Assembly: GCA_040758355.1 (NCBI GenBank)
Contig: JBFLWF010000001.1
Location: forward strand, 1-64,000
Direction: 5' to 3'
Length of the DNA: 64,000 bases
From: Nitrospirota bacterium
Lineage (GTDB): Bacteria; Nitrospirota; Thermodesulfovibrionia; Thermodesulfovibrionales; Dissulfurispiraceae
Shown: positions 1 through 9,808 of the stretch, piece after piece
Layout: the number at the start of each line of letters is the position of its first letter
Position numbering within the stretch: position 1 is the first letter of the stretch
Made by a program: the position numbers and the translations under genes
The notes under the pieces: model-generated
Told to the model about the DNA's origin: nothing
Seen by the model: only the letters and a program-made list of their open reading frames with translations
The model's database searches: none

Positions 1-131
1 TATTTTTTCCCATACGGTAATCATACGGATTTTCTCGCCCCTTTGAAAGCTCTTTCCCCATTATTTGAAGCCATGTTATACCGCTTCAAGTCCATCGGTT
101 TACCCACTCTCTTCCACGATGAGCCAGTATT

Positions 132-506
132 TTATAAGTTGAGATAGCCTTCTATGGCTGATAGAAATTCCTTCATTTTAATGGGTTTCGGTATATATCC
201 GTCAAACCCCTGTTCCAAGAACATCTCCTTGTCTCCCTTCATTGCATAGGCGGTGAGGGCGATTACCTTAAGATTCCTTGTATCATCCGATGATTTCAAT
301 GTTTTTACAACCTCCAAGCCATCCACGCCCGGCAACTGAATATCCAAAAGCACGAGGTCGGGTCTTTCCCTCTTTGCTATATCTAAGGCTTCTTCCCCCT
401 TTGTTGTATGAAGGCACTCATAGCCTCCTATATCGAGGAGGTCTATGAACAGCTCCAGATTAACCTGATTGTCCTCGACAACGAGTATCTTCTGTTTACT
501 GCTCAT
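132..506 (-). CDS. Single-domain response regulator (CheY/DivK-like receiver)
   Basis: Motifs ILVVEDN, DLVLLDIQLP (phospho-Asp), ALTAYAM and YIPKP; overlaps the stop of the hybrid kinase. Confidence 0.92.
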   Translation of the reverse strand: MSSKQKILVVEDNQVNLELFIDLLDIGGYECLHTTKGEEALDIAKRERPDLVLLDIQLPGVDGLEVVKTLKSSDDTRNLKVIALTAYAMKGDKEMFLEQGFDGYIPKPIKMKEFLSAIEGYLNL

Positions 507-3500
507 ATACCACTACCTTCTGCCCCCCGCCCTCCTTTGCCTTTCTCAGGGACTGGTGAGCCTTGAATATGAGTTCCTCTGGGGAAGACGCATCTCGAGG
601 ATAGTTTATTACAGATACGGTTGCGGTTATCTTTCCCTGTGGCATTACCTCCTCGCCGTAAAATGGATAGCTGTCAATGTACGCAAGGAACCTCTTTGCT
701 ACAGCCTCGGCGGACGCCTTTAATGTACTCGAGAGTATAATCCCAAACTCATCGATTCCGTATCTTACTACCGTATCCGAACCTCGCAGGGACTTTCTCA
801 AAAATTCGGCTATTTTCCTGATAACTATGTTTGACCTGTGGATCCCGTGGGCCTTTATGTAATCCGTGAAATTATCGAGGTCGAGCATCAACAGTGTAAA
901 TGTATTTTTATACCTCCCTGCCCTGCTTACCTCCTGCGCAAGGCGTATCTGGAAGTAGCAGTGGTCGAACAAACCGCTCACCTCGTCCAGAAGTCCTGCC
1001 CTCGCGGGATAAGTGACTTCGAGGTCTCTTATGTGCATAAGCAGGTCTTCCTTTGTGAAATGGCTCTTCTGTATGCAGTTTTCTATCTTTCCTGCAAGCC
1101 TGAGCCTGTCATCTACTGTCAGATCCTTTGCAGTAAGAATGAGTATGGGAATATCCATGGTGGAAGGATTGTTCTTTAGTATCTGCGCCACTTCAAAGCC
1201 ATCCACCTCCGGCATCATGAGGTCAAGGATAACGAGGTCCGGCCTGTATGCTATCGCCTTTTCTATGCCCTGTCTGCCCGAAGTGGCCGTGATTACATTG
1301 TAGCCCGATGGTTCGAGAATGGATGTCAGCAGTTCCAGCACGTCGTCGTGGTCATCGATGCAGAGGATATTTACGGGCCTTCGCCCCTTCTTTGTGGCAA
1401 AACTTAATTCCTCGAGCTTTCTAAGAAGGGTAATCCTGTCAACAGGTTTTACAAGGTAATCGGAAGCCCCGAGGGTGAAGCCCAATTCCCTGTTATCTAT
1501 AACAGAAGATATAATCACAGGAATGTCCTTCATCTCAGGGTCCGATTTCATCTCCTGCAATATCTCCCATCCGTCCTTTCCGGGCAGCATCACGTCGAGG
1601 AGTACTGCAAATGGTTTCAATTCCTTTATACGATTTATAGCGGTGTCTCCATCATAAGCATGTGCAATCCTGTATCCTCCCTGTGCAAGATAGAGGGTCA
1701 GCAATTCGGAAGTGGAGGGGTCATCCTCAACAACCAGGATTAGAGGTGCATCTCCTCTTCTGTTCCTTGAGATATCCGCATCGTATACAGTTTCTTCTCT
1801 TAGAGTTTCGGGCTTCTTAATTTTTGCTGCCTTTTCCATGGCAGCAACATCGAAGAGCGGAAGGATTACCGTAAACCTGCTGCCTTTCCCTTCCTCGCTC
1901 TCGACAAAAATCTCTCCTCCGTGGAGCTCCACGAGCTTTTTTGTCAGGGCAAGTCCAAGGCCTGTCCCCTCGTATCTCCTCGAAAAACTGCTGTCGACCT
2001 GCTCGAACTCAGAGAATATCTTTTCGTGGTTCTCTTTCTTTATGCCTATTCCAGTGTCAGTTACAGATATTCTCAGGCAGCTTTCATTTCCAGGACATAT
2101 ATTGGGATTCTTTACAGAATAGGAGATGTTTTCGCTGCTTATCAATTCGGTCTCCAGGAAAATGTCTCCGCCTTCCTGTGTGAACTTTACGGCATTGGAA
2201 AGGAGGTTATAGAGTACCTGTTTGAATTTAACCTTATCCGCCTTGATTATGGAGACCTTATTGCCTATCGTTATGGCCAGATTCTGGTTCTTTTTGTCGG
2301 ACAGGGGTTTTATTACTGTCTCCACCTCTGATATGGCATGGCGTACAGAGAAGGCTTCATAATGGAGCTCCATCTTTCCGGATTCTATCTTTGCTATATC
2401 CAGGATGTTGTTGATGAGCTGCAGCAGATGGCTTCCTGAACTGTAAATGTTGCTTGCATATTTTTTCTGTTTTTCTGTGAGTGTTCCAAACACCTCATCC
2501 ATAAGCAATTCCGAAAAACCGAGGATGGAGTTAAGGGGAGTCCTGAGCTCGTGGCTCATGGTTGCAATGAACTGGCTCTTCAGCCTGTTTGATCTTTCAA
2601 GCTCCCTGTTTGCCTTTTCGAGCTCCTTTGTCCTTTCGATGACCTTTTCTTCGAGCTTCGCATTTAATTCATGAAGTTCTAAATTCCTTTCTTCGATGGC
2701 TCTTTCGAGTTTTTTCTTTTCGGTTATATCCTTGCTGATGCCTACTGTTCCTATAATACCTTTCTTGCTGCTCAGAATATATGAGAGGGTTAGGCTGACA
2801 TCTATAATCTGCCTATTTTTTGTTATAAGCTGTGTTTCATAATTAGATACATATCCCTCTCTTTCGAGTATCTTGAGTATGTCCCGCCTTTGATCGGGCT
2901 GCACCCATAATTTCTCAGCCTTGGTTCCTATTATTTCCTCTTTTGGATGTCCCAGAATCCTTGATGCCCCTTTGTTAAATTCAACGATCCTTCCCTCTGT
3001 GTCGGTGGTTATGATTATATCAGCAGAATTGTCAAGGACATTCTTCAGATAGTTCTGTGTCTCTGATATTGCCTCGATAAGCCTGAATTTTTCAATGGCG
3101 TATGCAGCCTGTATTCCCAAAAGGGTGATGAATTCAATCTCCCTTTGCGTCCAGTTTCTTGGTTTAAAATCATCTATGTACAGGATGCCGATTGTATGGT
3201 CGTTGGCAAAAAGAGGCACTGCCACGATACTCTTTATCCCTTCTTTAATGATGTTTCTGTTATCAACAAATGGATAAGTCTCTATATCCGGAATTATCGT
3301 GGGAATTCTTTTGCTCAGAATGTGGTCTGTCATTCCGCCATCCCGCCTTTTCCATTGAACGACATGGGAGAAATCCTTTGAAAAACCGTGAGCTGCCTTT
3401 AATGTAAGCGCATCGCTCTTTTCATCATACAGGGCAATGCTTCCGGCAGGAGCGTTTACGGTGCGAAGGGCCTCCAACATGAGGGTGTCCAATACCTCCT

Positions 3501-3927
3501 CCAGCTTATCCGCTGATGTCAGGGCAATACCGATGCGGTACAGGTCTTTTGTCTCGTTAAGAAGGGCCTTTATCTCCTCTTTTGATTGACGGCGTTTTTC
3601 GAGTAAATCCCAGATGAGCTTTGCGCTTTGTCCATCGATTACTTCTGTGCCCGGAGATTTCCGTTTCAGTATCTTAAGAATCTCGGCAGTTATACTGCTG
3701 TCGCCTGTTACATTAATAATTATGTCCGGCTTTTTGGCTGCAAGCTCTTTGAAATTATCGGTGATGGGAATATTAAACTGTTTTGCGATCTTAATGCCCG
3801 GGGCATTGGAGTTGATGTCTGCAATGCCTACGACATTGATATTCGGTTCTTTTAGAAGAACTGACAAAAGGGCGCTTCCGCCCTTTCCTGCCCCTATTAC
3901 AGCAATGCTTCCCATAAAACCGTGCAT
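496..3927 (-). CDS. Cytoplasmic hybrid histidine kinase: Rossmann-like N-terminal domain, GAF, PAS, HisKA/HATPase, two REC domains, degenerate GGDEF
   Basis: IAVIGAGKGG; GAF (SIVAVPL..IGILYID); PAS; H-box MSHELRTPLN; NLLSNAVKFT, DTGIG, GTGLGL; two receiver domains; RYGIDEF in place of GGDEF. Confidence 0.9.
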   Translation of the reverse strand: MHGFMGSIAVIGAGKGGSALLSVLLKEPNINVVGIADINSNAPGIKIAKQFNIPITDNFKELAAKKPDIIINVTGDSSITAEILKILKRKSPGTEVIDGQSAKLIWDLLEKRRQSKEEIKALLNETKDLYRIGIALTSADKLEEVLDTLMLEALRTVNAPAGSIALYDEKSDALTLKAAHGFSKDFSHVVQWKRRDGGMTDHILSKRIPTIIPDIETYPFVDNRNIIKEGIKSIVAVPLFANDHTIGILYIDDFKPRNWTQREIEFITLLGIQAAYAIEKFRLIEAISETQNYLKNVLDNSADIIITTDTEGRIVEFNKGASRILGHPKEEIIGTKAEKLWVQPDQRRDILKILEREGYVSNYETQLITKNRQIIDVSLTLSYILSSKKGIIGTVGISKDITEKKKLERAIEERNLELHELNAKLEEKVIERTKELEKANRELERSNRLKSQFIATMSHELRTPLNSILGFSELLMDEVFGTLTEKQKKYASNIYSSGSHLLQLINNILDIAKIESGKMELHYEAFSVRHAISEVETVIKPLSDKKNQNLAITIGNKVSIIKADKVKFKQVLYNLLSNAVKFTQEGGDIFLETELISSENISYSVKNPNICPGNESCLRISVTDTGIGIKKENHEKIFSEFEQVDSSFSRRYEGTGLGLALTKKLVELHGGEIFVESEEGKGSRFTVILPLFDVAAMEKAAKIKKPETLREETVYDADISRNRRGDAPLILVVEDDPSTSELLTLYLAQGGYRIAHAYDGDTAINRIKELKPFAVLLDVMLPGKDGWEILQEMKSDPEMKDIPVIISSVIDNRELGFTLGASDYLVKPVDRITLLRKLEELSFATKKGRRPVNILCIDDHDDVLELLTSILEPSGYNVITATSGRQGIEKAIAYRPDLVILDLMMPEVDGFEVAQILKNNPSTMDIPILILTAKDLTVDDRLRLAGKIENCIQKSHFTKEDLLMHIRDLEVTYPARAGLLDEVSGLFDHCYFQIRLAQEVSRAGRYKNTFTLLMLDLDNFTDYIKAHGIHRSNIVIRKIAEFLRKSLRGSDTVVRYGIDEFGIILSSTLKASAEAVAKRFLAYIDSYPFYGEEVMPQGKITATVSVINYPRDASSPEELIFKAHQSLRKAKEGGGQKVVVYEQ

Positions 3928-4126
3928 ACTGTCTGGTTCATATCTCCTTTTCCCTTAGTGGTACAGCATGTAATCCGCAAACCAGTTAAAAATAACAAAT
4001 CAATATATAATCGGTTGCTTAACTCATTTTCTTTAGTATCAGACACATAACATGAAACTGTCAAGGTTAATTTCAATTAGAAAAGGCCATGGACGGATTC
4101 TGTATAGAGAGGAGGCGGTGTGATTT

Positions 4127-4729
4127 TCATCTAAAACTCTTAAAAAGATTCCATGCAAGAACCAGTATTAGCAATAAAACGAGCTCAAGTATGGATATCT
4201 TTGTAACGATAATAGCGATCTTTCTTTCAGAAAGGGTCAGTCTTAACCATACCCTGTCCATAAACCACTTGAAAAATCTCTTCCATAATGTCTTTCCCTC
4301 AGCGAGTTTCAGATACTCTCCCACGCTTCTTAGCCAGAAAACAAGCTCGCTGCGGGTTCCCTTTAATATGGCCTCATCATCCGAATCGATTAAAAACTGG
4401 TGTGCCAGCCGAATCCCGTCGCTATCTTTTTCAATATTAAAGCTTATCTTCTTCAGTATCCCCTCTTCCACCTTAAAGGAAATCTTTTTATCACTCAAAA
4501 GCTCTATAACCTCTAATCCATGCGTTTCGGTCACCTCTTTTCCATAATACTCAATGGTCGCCTCGTATCTGCTGCCCTCCTCAACTGGACCTTCGGTAAG
4601 GGGTTTGAGCTCTTTCAAGCTCCAATAAGGAGAAAGCCTTAGGATTACATTCAAGTCTGAGAGGACTTTAAATGCTGTAACTTCTGAGACTGGGAGATTG
4701 ATGCTCTCTGATATGTATTGCATTAGCAA
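4127..4729 (-). CDS. SRPBCC/polyketide-cyclase-like protein with C-terminal transmembrane helix
   Basis: The N-terminal pattern (ISESINLPV..AFKVLSDL..LSPYW) resembles START/SRPBCC proteins; hydrophobic C-terminus. Confidence 0.55.
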   Translation of the reverse strand: MLMQYISESINLPVSEVTAFKVLSDLNVILRLSPYWSLKELKPLTEGPVEEGSRYEATIEYYGKEVTETHGLEVIELLSDKKISFKVEEGILKKISFNIEKDSDGIRLAHQFLIDSDDEAILKGTRSELVFWLRSVGEYLKLAEGKTLWKRFFKWFMDRVWLRLTLSERKIAIIVTKISILELVLLLILVLAWNLFKSFR

Positions 4730-4759
4730 TATTTTACATCTTTGTCATATGAATTGAAA

Positions 4760-4791
4760 TGCGGGGGCAAGATATATGTCATGCCCCCGCA
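4760..4791 (-). terminator. GC-rich hairpin downstream of the rhodanese gene, possible terminator
   Basis: TGCGGGGGCA...TGCCCCCGCA inverted repeat with only a short T tract. Confidence 0.5.
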
Positions 4792-4806
4792 GGAATATAA
4801 AACCCC

Positions 4807-5304
4807 TTATTTCTTGCCCTCTGTTGTCGGATAATCCTTTTTTATCCAATCAGGTATTCCGTCTCTGTACCAGTAGATATTCTTGAATCCGAGGTGCTTA
4901 AGGAGCAATACTGCTGCCGGTGACCTCCAGCATTTTACGCCATTGCAGTAATTAACGACTACATCATCCTTTTTATGCTTGTCAGCCAGTTTCGGGTCCT
5001 TAAGAAGCTCGTCCACGGTAAGCAACACAGCGCCTGTAATATGCTCCTTGTCATAATCGGCCTTCAGCCTGTTGTCCATGAGTACGAATTTTTTCTTCTC
5101 GTCTATCATTTTCTTAATCTCATCGCCTGTTATGTTCTTTACTCCTGCTATGGTTGGCGGCATATCCTTTTTATCTTTTCCTGCAGCCTTCAGTACCTCT
5201 ACTTCCTTTATAAGGGCATCAGGCCATTCAGCAGCAGACGCGATGCCGAGACCAGCCAATGCAAATACAAAGCACAGCACGGTTATTGATAGTTTCTTTA
5301 ACAT
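4807..5304 (-). CDS. Exported rhodanese-like sulfurtransferase
   Basis: Signal peptide MLKKLSITVLCFVFALAGLGIASA; MDNR..YDKEHITGA; loop YCNGVKCWRS; YRDGIPDW. An alternative start lies at 5334. Confidence 0.85.
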   Translation of the reverse strand: MLKKLSITVLCFVFALAGLGIASAAEWPDALIKEVEVLKAAGKDKKDMPPTIAGVKNITGDEIKKMIDEKKKFVLMDNRLKADYDKEHITGAVLLTVDELLKDPKLADKHKKDDVVVNYCNGVKCWRSPAAVLLLKHLGFKNIYWYRDGIPDWIKKDYPTTEGKK

Positions 5305-5364
5305 TTTTACCCCCAAATTTTTAGTAAGAGCCATTAAGTCGTTGGGAAACCCGAAGACTTAAGG

Positions 5365-5895
5365 CTAATTTTTGTTTGCCCCGCTAAACTCCACATCACC
5401 TCCCTCTAATTCCTTGCAGTTGACTCCTTTGATGAAGTTGCTTGAGTCGTTATTCGCCACGAGAACAGGACAGGGTGCGAGCTTTACGAGTTTTTTCAGA
5501 GATACCTTTGCTTTATACTCTTCCGACCTTCCGTTGCTGCTGCTTCCAATAACAATAAGGTCAATTCCCTTATCCCTTGCTTCCTCTGCTATAACCTCAG
5601 CTGGTTCGCCCACCCTTATTGATATTGTGACTTCAATGCCTGTTGAGTGCTCCCTAAGGGCTTCCAATACCTCTTCAGCTCTGCGGTTAAACTCGGTTTC
5701 AGCATATTTGTAAAACTCCATCCGCGTACTGGATGGATGCAGCCATTCAATGCCGACAAGCGAACTCCAGCCTTTATGTATTACATAAAGACCGTGGAGT
5801 TCTGAACCAAATTCCCTTGCCAGGCCAATAGCGTATGACTCGGCCTTTTTAGCCCCTTCCGTGCCATGCGTAGCTACGAGTATTCTTCTAAACAT
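5365..5895 (-). CDS. Universal stress protein
   Basis: MFRRILVATHG, GEPAEVI, DLIVIG, APCPVLV. Confidence 0.88.
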   Translation of the reverse strand: MFRRILVATHGTEGAKKAESYAIGLAREFGSELHGLYVIHKGWSSLVGIEWLHPSSTRMEFYKYAETEFNRRAEEVLEALREHSTGIEVTISIRVGEPAEVIAEEARDKGIDLIVIGSSSNGRSEEYKAKVSLKKLVKLAPCPVLVANNDSSNFIKGVNCKELEGGDVEFSGANKN

Positions 5896-5899
5896 GGCT

Positions 5900-6046
5900 T
5901 TACTTCAATGCGATAATCACAAATATTGCAAGTGCAAAAGCGATTATCAGCGCTGTCATGTCTTCCTTTCTCTCAGAGGCAAAGACACTGAGTGCACGCT
6001 CTTCCATCTGTTTCTGTTCCGCTGCTGTTGCTTTTTCTTCTGCCAT
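5900..6046 (-). CDS. Small 48-aa single-pass membrane protein
   Basis: AGGAGG RBS before the ATG at 6046; hydrophobic C-terminus; tightly packed between the exporter and the USP. Confidence 0.7.
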   Translation of the reverse strand: MAEEKATAAEQKQMEERALSVFASERKEDMTALIIAFALAIFVIIALK

Positions 6047-6059
6047 CTCGGCACCTCCT

Positions 6060-7652
6060 TTAAATGGTTCCCTTAACAAAAAGCCATACTGCAAAGAATG
6101 ATAGTATAGCCTTTGAGGCACCTGCGATTACCCCTATTACAGCTGCCTTCCCTCCTGCCTGGCGGATGGTCTGCCACGTGATCTGCATCCCGAGGCCTAT
6201 GAGTCCAAAGGCAAAGAACCACATCATGTATTCCCTCATGGTCTCCAATGTCTTTGGCTTTGCCTGAACCTTCTTGTCAGCATCTTTGAATGCCTTTTTG
6301 AGGTCCTTATCCTTGGTAAAGTCCTGTGCCTTCAGGACGAGGTCTGTCTGTTCGGAACTTGTAACCTGTCTGTCAGCCACCAGTTTTTCGAGTGCTGCCT
6401 TAACCTTGGGATCGGTAACCGCGCCCGACTCGACAAATGCCTGTATCTTCTTCAGATCCCTTGTCCTAACCTCTTTCTTTTCATCAACCTTGAAGTTATA
6501 GAAGTGTTTTCCGTGAAGCTCATAATTCTTTGGCGTAAATACGCCTGTTGAACTGAAGGCGAACATGAGGATAAAACCAATAACAAAGATGGGGAATTTC
6601 TGTATGAGAATCTGACCGAGACTGATCTTGCTTGCCTCTGCCTCTTCCTCGCCCTTTGCAAACCAGACCGCGAGCAGGATGACAATAAACGGAAGGAATA
6701 GTATCCTTGTGATGTTGAATATTTCAGCAACCTTTAATGTTTCTATAGTGTTTGGATCAAAAATAAGGGCTGCTGCTGCGACCTGAGCAGAGTTGAGTAT
6801 GCCTGTCCCTGCCCATGCGCCGAATTGAAGCTCGTTCATGCCTACTATTCTGGCTATGGGGGGAAATGTAAACAGCCCTACAACACCAACCAGAAGGAGC
6901 ATGCCTATGGAATAGGCCATGTCAATGCCGCGGGCCTTTACTACAGGCGCTGCTGCAACTGCTGCGGACACACCGCATACACCCATGCCAGCGCCAAGCA
7001 CGCCTGTCAAAGGCCTTGGGGTCTTCATCATCTGACCGAGCCAGAGTACGAGTATGACAGTACCCATAACAAATGTTGCGATCAATACAATGCTAAGGGA
7101 TCCCAGGTACCGCAACTCTGTAATGCTGTACATGGCGCCCAGTGTTATGACTCCCATCTTCATAGCCAATCTTGCAGTCTTAACCCCTGCCTGCATCCAG
7201 CCCGGAACACCGATGGTGTTAACCCAGATAATGCCGAGAAGGATTCCGAGGAGGATGTAGTTCAGGCCGAATATGGTTGCGAAGTTAAAACCAAGGGCTG
7301 GTTGTGCAGCCTTGCCCCATATCTTAAAAAGGGGTTCCAGATAGAACCTACAGACATAGGCAAGGATAATCATCATCCCCGCACCAGCCATGGGAGCCCG
7401 CACTACCTTGTCAAATTTTGATTTCATGGCAGGCTGGACAAGATTCCATATCCCGAATAAAGAGACTATTATTCCTGCCCATATTCCAACACCGACCTGC
7501 GTGTCTATTGTTTTGCTCGTCTTGAGAGTAGCCGCAAGCTCTGCAAGGAAACCGGGTATCGCTGCTGCCTCATGACGCTTGAGAACAATAGCGTAAATGA
7601 GCAGGATAATGCCTGTAATCAATGCTGCAGGCGACTTTTTTTCTCCGTTCAT
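6060..7652 (-). CDS. YeiH / putative sulfate exporter family membrane transporter
   Basis: Many TM helices; GMGVCGVSAAVAAAP and FGAWAGTGILNSAQV are typical of the YeiH (PF03601-like) family; GGAGG RBS before the ATG at 7652. Confidence 0.8.
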   Translation of the reverse strand: MNGEKKSPAALITGIILLIYAIVLKRHEAAAIPGFLAELAATLKTSKTIDTQVGVGIWAGIIVSLFGIWNLVQPAMKSKFDKVVRAPMAGAGMMIILAYVCRFYLEPLFKIWGKAAQPALGFNFATIFGLNYILLGILLGIIWVNTIGVPGWMQAGVKTARLAMKMGVITLGAMYSITELRYLGSLSIVLIATFVMGTVILVLWLGQMMKTPRPLTGVLGAGMGVCGVSAAVAAAPVVKARGIDMAYSIGMLLLVGVVGLFTFPPIARIVGMNELQFGAWAGTGILNSAQVAAAALIFDPNTIETLKVAEIFNITRILFLPFIVILLAVWFAKGEEEAEASKISLGQILIQKFPIFVIGFILMFAFSSTGVFTPKNYELHGKHFYNFKVDEKKEVRTRDLKKIQAFVESGAVTDPKVKAALEKLVADRQVTSSEQTDLVLKAQDFTKDKDLKKAFKDADKKVQAKPKTLETMREYMMWFFAFGLIGLGMQITWQTIRQAGGKAAVIGVIAGASKAILSFFAVWLFVKGTI

Positions 7653-7790
7653 GCCTTTTACCTCCTTAATTATTTTTTGGTTATAAAACAAAGCTTATTA
7701 TTACAGCCAATGCAAGGAATACCCCTGCAACTATCAAAACCTGTTTCATTCTGTCTTCTCACCTCCTAACATCATGCTTTTGTCTGAATA

Positions 7791-8210
7791 TCATTTCACG
7801 ACAAGGACATCGCATGGAGCGTGGCTGACAACCTTTGAGGATACGCTGCCGAGATAGAACTTTTTTGCACCATGCTTGCCATGGGAACCGATGACAATCA
7901 AATCAACATTTTCGTTTTTGGCGGTATCGATAATGATTTCAGCAGGACTTCCAAATTTGACCACTGTCCTTATATCAGATACGGACTTCGAAAGGTCATC
8001 CCTTATTCCTTTCATCAGTTTTTCTGCCTCATCCGTCAAGGTACTATAAAGGGTTCTGGTATAGTCATCGCCCAATTCGTCGGTAAAGCCGAGGTCCGGC
8101 ACGGCATTTACTACAAGTAAAGAGGCATTCTCCCTTTGCGCCATATTAGCCCCTTTCTTCAACGCCTTGTTCGAGTAATCCGACCCATCATGTGCAACCA
8201 ATATCTTCAT
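7791..8210 (-). CDS. Universal stress protein
   Basis: ILVAHDGS, GSPAEII, DLIVIGSHG, LGSVSSKVVSHAPCDVLVV. Confidence 0.93.
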   Translation of the reverse strand: MKILVAHDGSDYSNKALKKGANMAQRENASLLVVNAVPDLGFTDELGDDYTRTLYSTLTDEAEKLMKGIRDDLSKSVSDIRTVVKFGSPAEIIIDTAKNENVDLIVIGSHGKHGAKKFYLGSVSSKVVSHAPCDVLVVK

Positions 8211-8327
8211 TTTTCACTCCTTTCTTTGCTTTAAATTAAGAAAAGACGATGCCGCAATTATGCCTCAATTCAGGCCTGAACTATGTAAAAGGGGGGTCTG
8301 CATTAAAATATAGCATGCAATTTTTAA

Positions 8328-8343
8328 TGCAATTGCAATGCCA
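8328..8343 (-). promoter_or_regulatory. Sigma-54 (-24/-12) promoter for the USP-YeiH-rhodanese operon
   Basis: The minus strand reads TGGCAT-TGCAA-TTGCA, matching TGGCAC-N5-TTGCW, and lies directly downstream of a sigma-54 activator gene. Confidence 0.8.
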
Positions 8344-8393
8344 TTTAAAAGACTATTGTTTTATAAGGAAATTTTAGGAATGTTGTGAATGGA

Positions 8394-8443
8394 TGTTCCA
8401 GAAGGGGAACACTTAGAGGGGAGAGTGTTCCCGAATGGGCTTA
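8394..8443. promoter_or_regulatory. Tandem candidate enhancer (UAS) sites for the sigma-54 activator
   Basis: Palindrome TGTTCC-N6-GGAACA (8394-8411) and a partial copy TGTTCC-N6-GGCTTA starting 32 bp away (8426-8443). Confidence 0.6.
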
Positions 8444-9808
8444 TTCTATGCTGTATTCCTTCAACTTCTTCCAGAGGACCTTTCTGCTTATTCCAAGTTT
8501 CTTTGCAGCCTCTATTTTTTTGCCGCCGCTTTCTTTGAGGGCATTGGTTATAATCTGCTTTTCCATGGACATTACGCTTTTCTGAAGGGATAAGTCATCG
8601 GCAGGAAGTATATTTTCTGTTTTTGGAGCTAAAAATTCATCGGGGAGGTTCTTCAGGTCTATCAATCCATTTTTTGAGAGCAAAACCGCCCGCTCTATAG
8701 CATGCTTCAGCTCACGCACATTCCCTGGATAGTTGTAAGACATTAAGGCTTCATAGGCAGACGGTGCAACCTTTAGTTCTGGCTTTGAGTATTTTTCTCC
8801 AAAATATTTCAGGAAATGCTCTATTAGATATGGGATATCCTCCCTCCGTTTCCTTAAAGGTGGAATTAGTATGGGTACAACATTTATCCTGTAGAAGAGG
8901 TCCTCCCTGAATGTCCCCGATGCTATGCAATCCTTTAGGTTTTTGCTCGTTGCATAAATCCCTCTCACGTTTACCTTAATAGGATCGTTTCCTCCAAGGC
9001 GTGTAACGGTCTGGTCTTCAATAACCCGCAGGAGTTTTGCCTGAAGTCCAAGCGGCATGTCCCCTATTTCGTCAAAGAATATGCTGCCGCTATCTGTAAT
9101 TTCGAATTTTCCCTTCCTCGCCTCTGTTGCCCCTGTGAATGCACCTTTTTCGTGTCCGAAAAGCTCGGATTCAAAGAGATTCTCCGGTATCGCTGCACAG
9201 TTTATCTTTGTACAGGGCTTATCCTTTCTGAGACTGAGGTTGTGGATTGCATTTGCCACAAGCTCTTTCCCTGTACCGCTTTCCCCCTGAATGAGAACAG
9301 GCACGTCTGTTTTTGCTATGGATGATATGCGGTCAAAGACGTCTTTCATGGAAGGGCTTACGCCTACGAGGTTTTCAAAGCCGACCCGCTCGCTTACGGA
9401 TTCCTTCAGGCGGCTTAATTCAGCCTCAAGATTCCTGAATTTCAGGAATCGCTCGATAGTTATGAGGAGCTCTTCATTAGAAAAGGGTTTTGCAATATAA
9501 TCAAAGGCGCCGTCCTTGATAGCCTGGACTGCGGTCTTGACATCGGCATAGGCAGTCATAATAATAACGCCTGTCTCGGGAGTTGTTGTCTTCACATGTT
9601 TAAGTATCTTAAGCCCATCGTATTTCGGGAGCTTAAGGTCTGTGATAACGAGATCGAAATTTTCTTTCTCTATTGCAGATACCCCCTCTGCGCCATCTTC
9701 GCAGGGCTTGACCATAAAGCCTGAAGATGAGAGGAAATGTCTCATCCCAAGCCTCATAGTGGGTTCGTCTTCTATAATCAGTATCCTGTATCCTCTCAGG
9801 TTTTCCAT
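8441..9808 (-). CDS. Sigma-54-dependent response regulator (NtrC/AtoC family)
   Basis: REC domain; GESGTGKE; GHEKGAFTGA; FREDLFYRINV; PGNVREL; Fis-type HTH. Confidence 0.95.
   Translation of the reverse strand: MENLRGYRILIIEDEPTMRLGMRHFLSSSGFMVKPCEDGAEGVSAIEKENFDLVITDLKLPKYDGLKILKHVKTTTPETGVIIMTAYADVKTAVQAIKDGAFDYIAKPFSNEELLITIERFLKFRNLEAELSRLKESVSERVGFENLVGVSPSMKDVFDRISSIAKTDVPVLIQGESGTGKELVANAIHNLSLRKDKPCTKINCAAIPENLFESELFGHEKGAFTGATEARKGKFEITDSGSIFFDEIGDMPLGLQAKLLRVIEDQTVTRLGGNDPIKVNVRGIYATSKNLKDCIASGTFREDLFYRINVVPILIPPLRKRREDIPYLIEHFLKYFGEKYSKPELKVAPSAYEALMSYNYPGNVRELKHAIERAVLLSKNGLIDLKNLPDEFLAPKTENILPADDLSLQKSVMSMEKQIITNALKESGGKKIEAAKKLGISRKVLWKKLKEYSIE

Noticed and set aside
1..95. Possible short ORF or gene start at the left edge
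   Set aside because: It is too short and truncated by the window edge to assign.
7710..7727. Second sigma-54 promoter before the YeiH gene (AGGGGTATTCCTTGCA on the minus strand)
   Set aside because: The GG-N10-GC spacing fits, but the -24 box is a poor match to TGGCAC.
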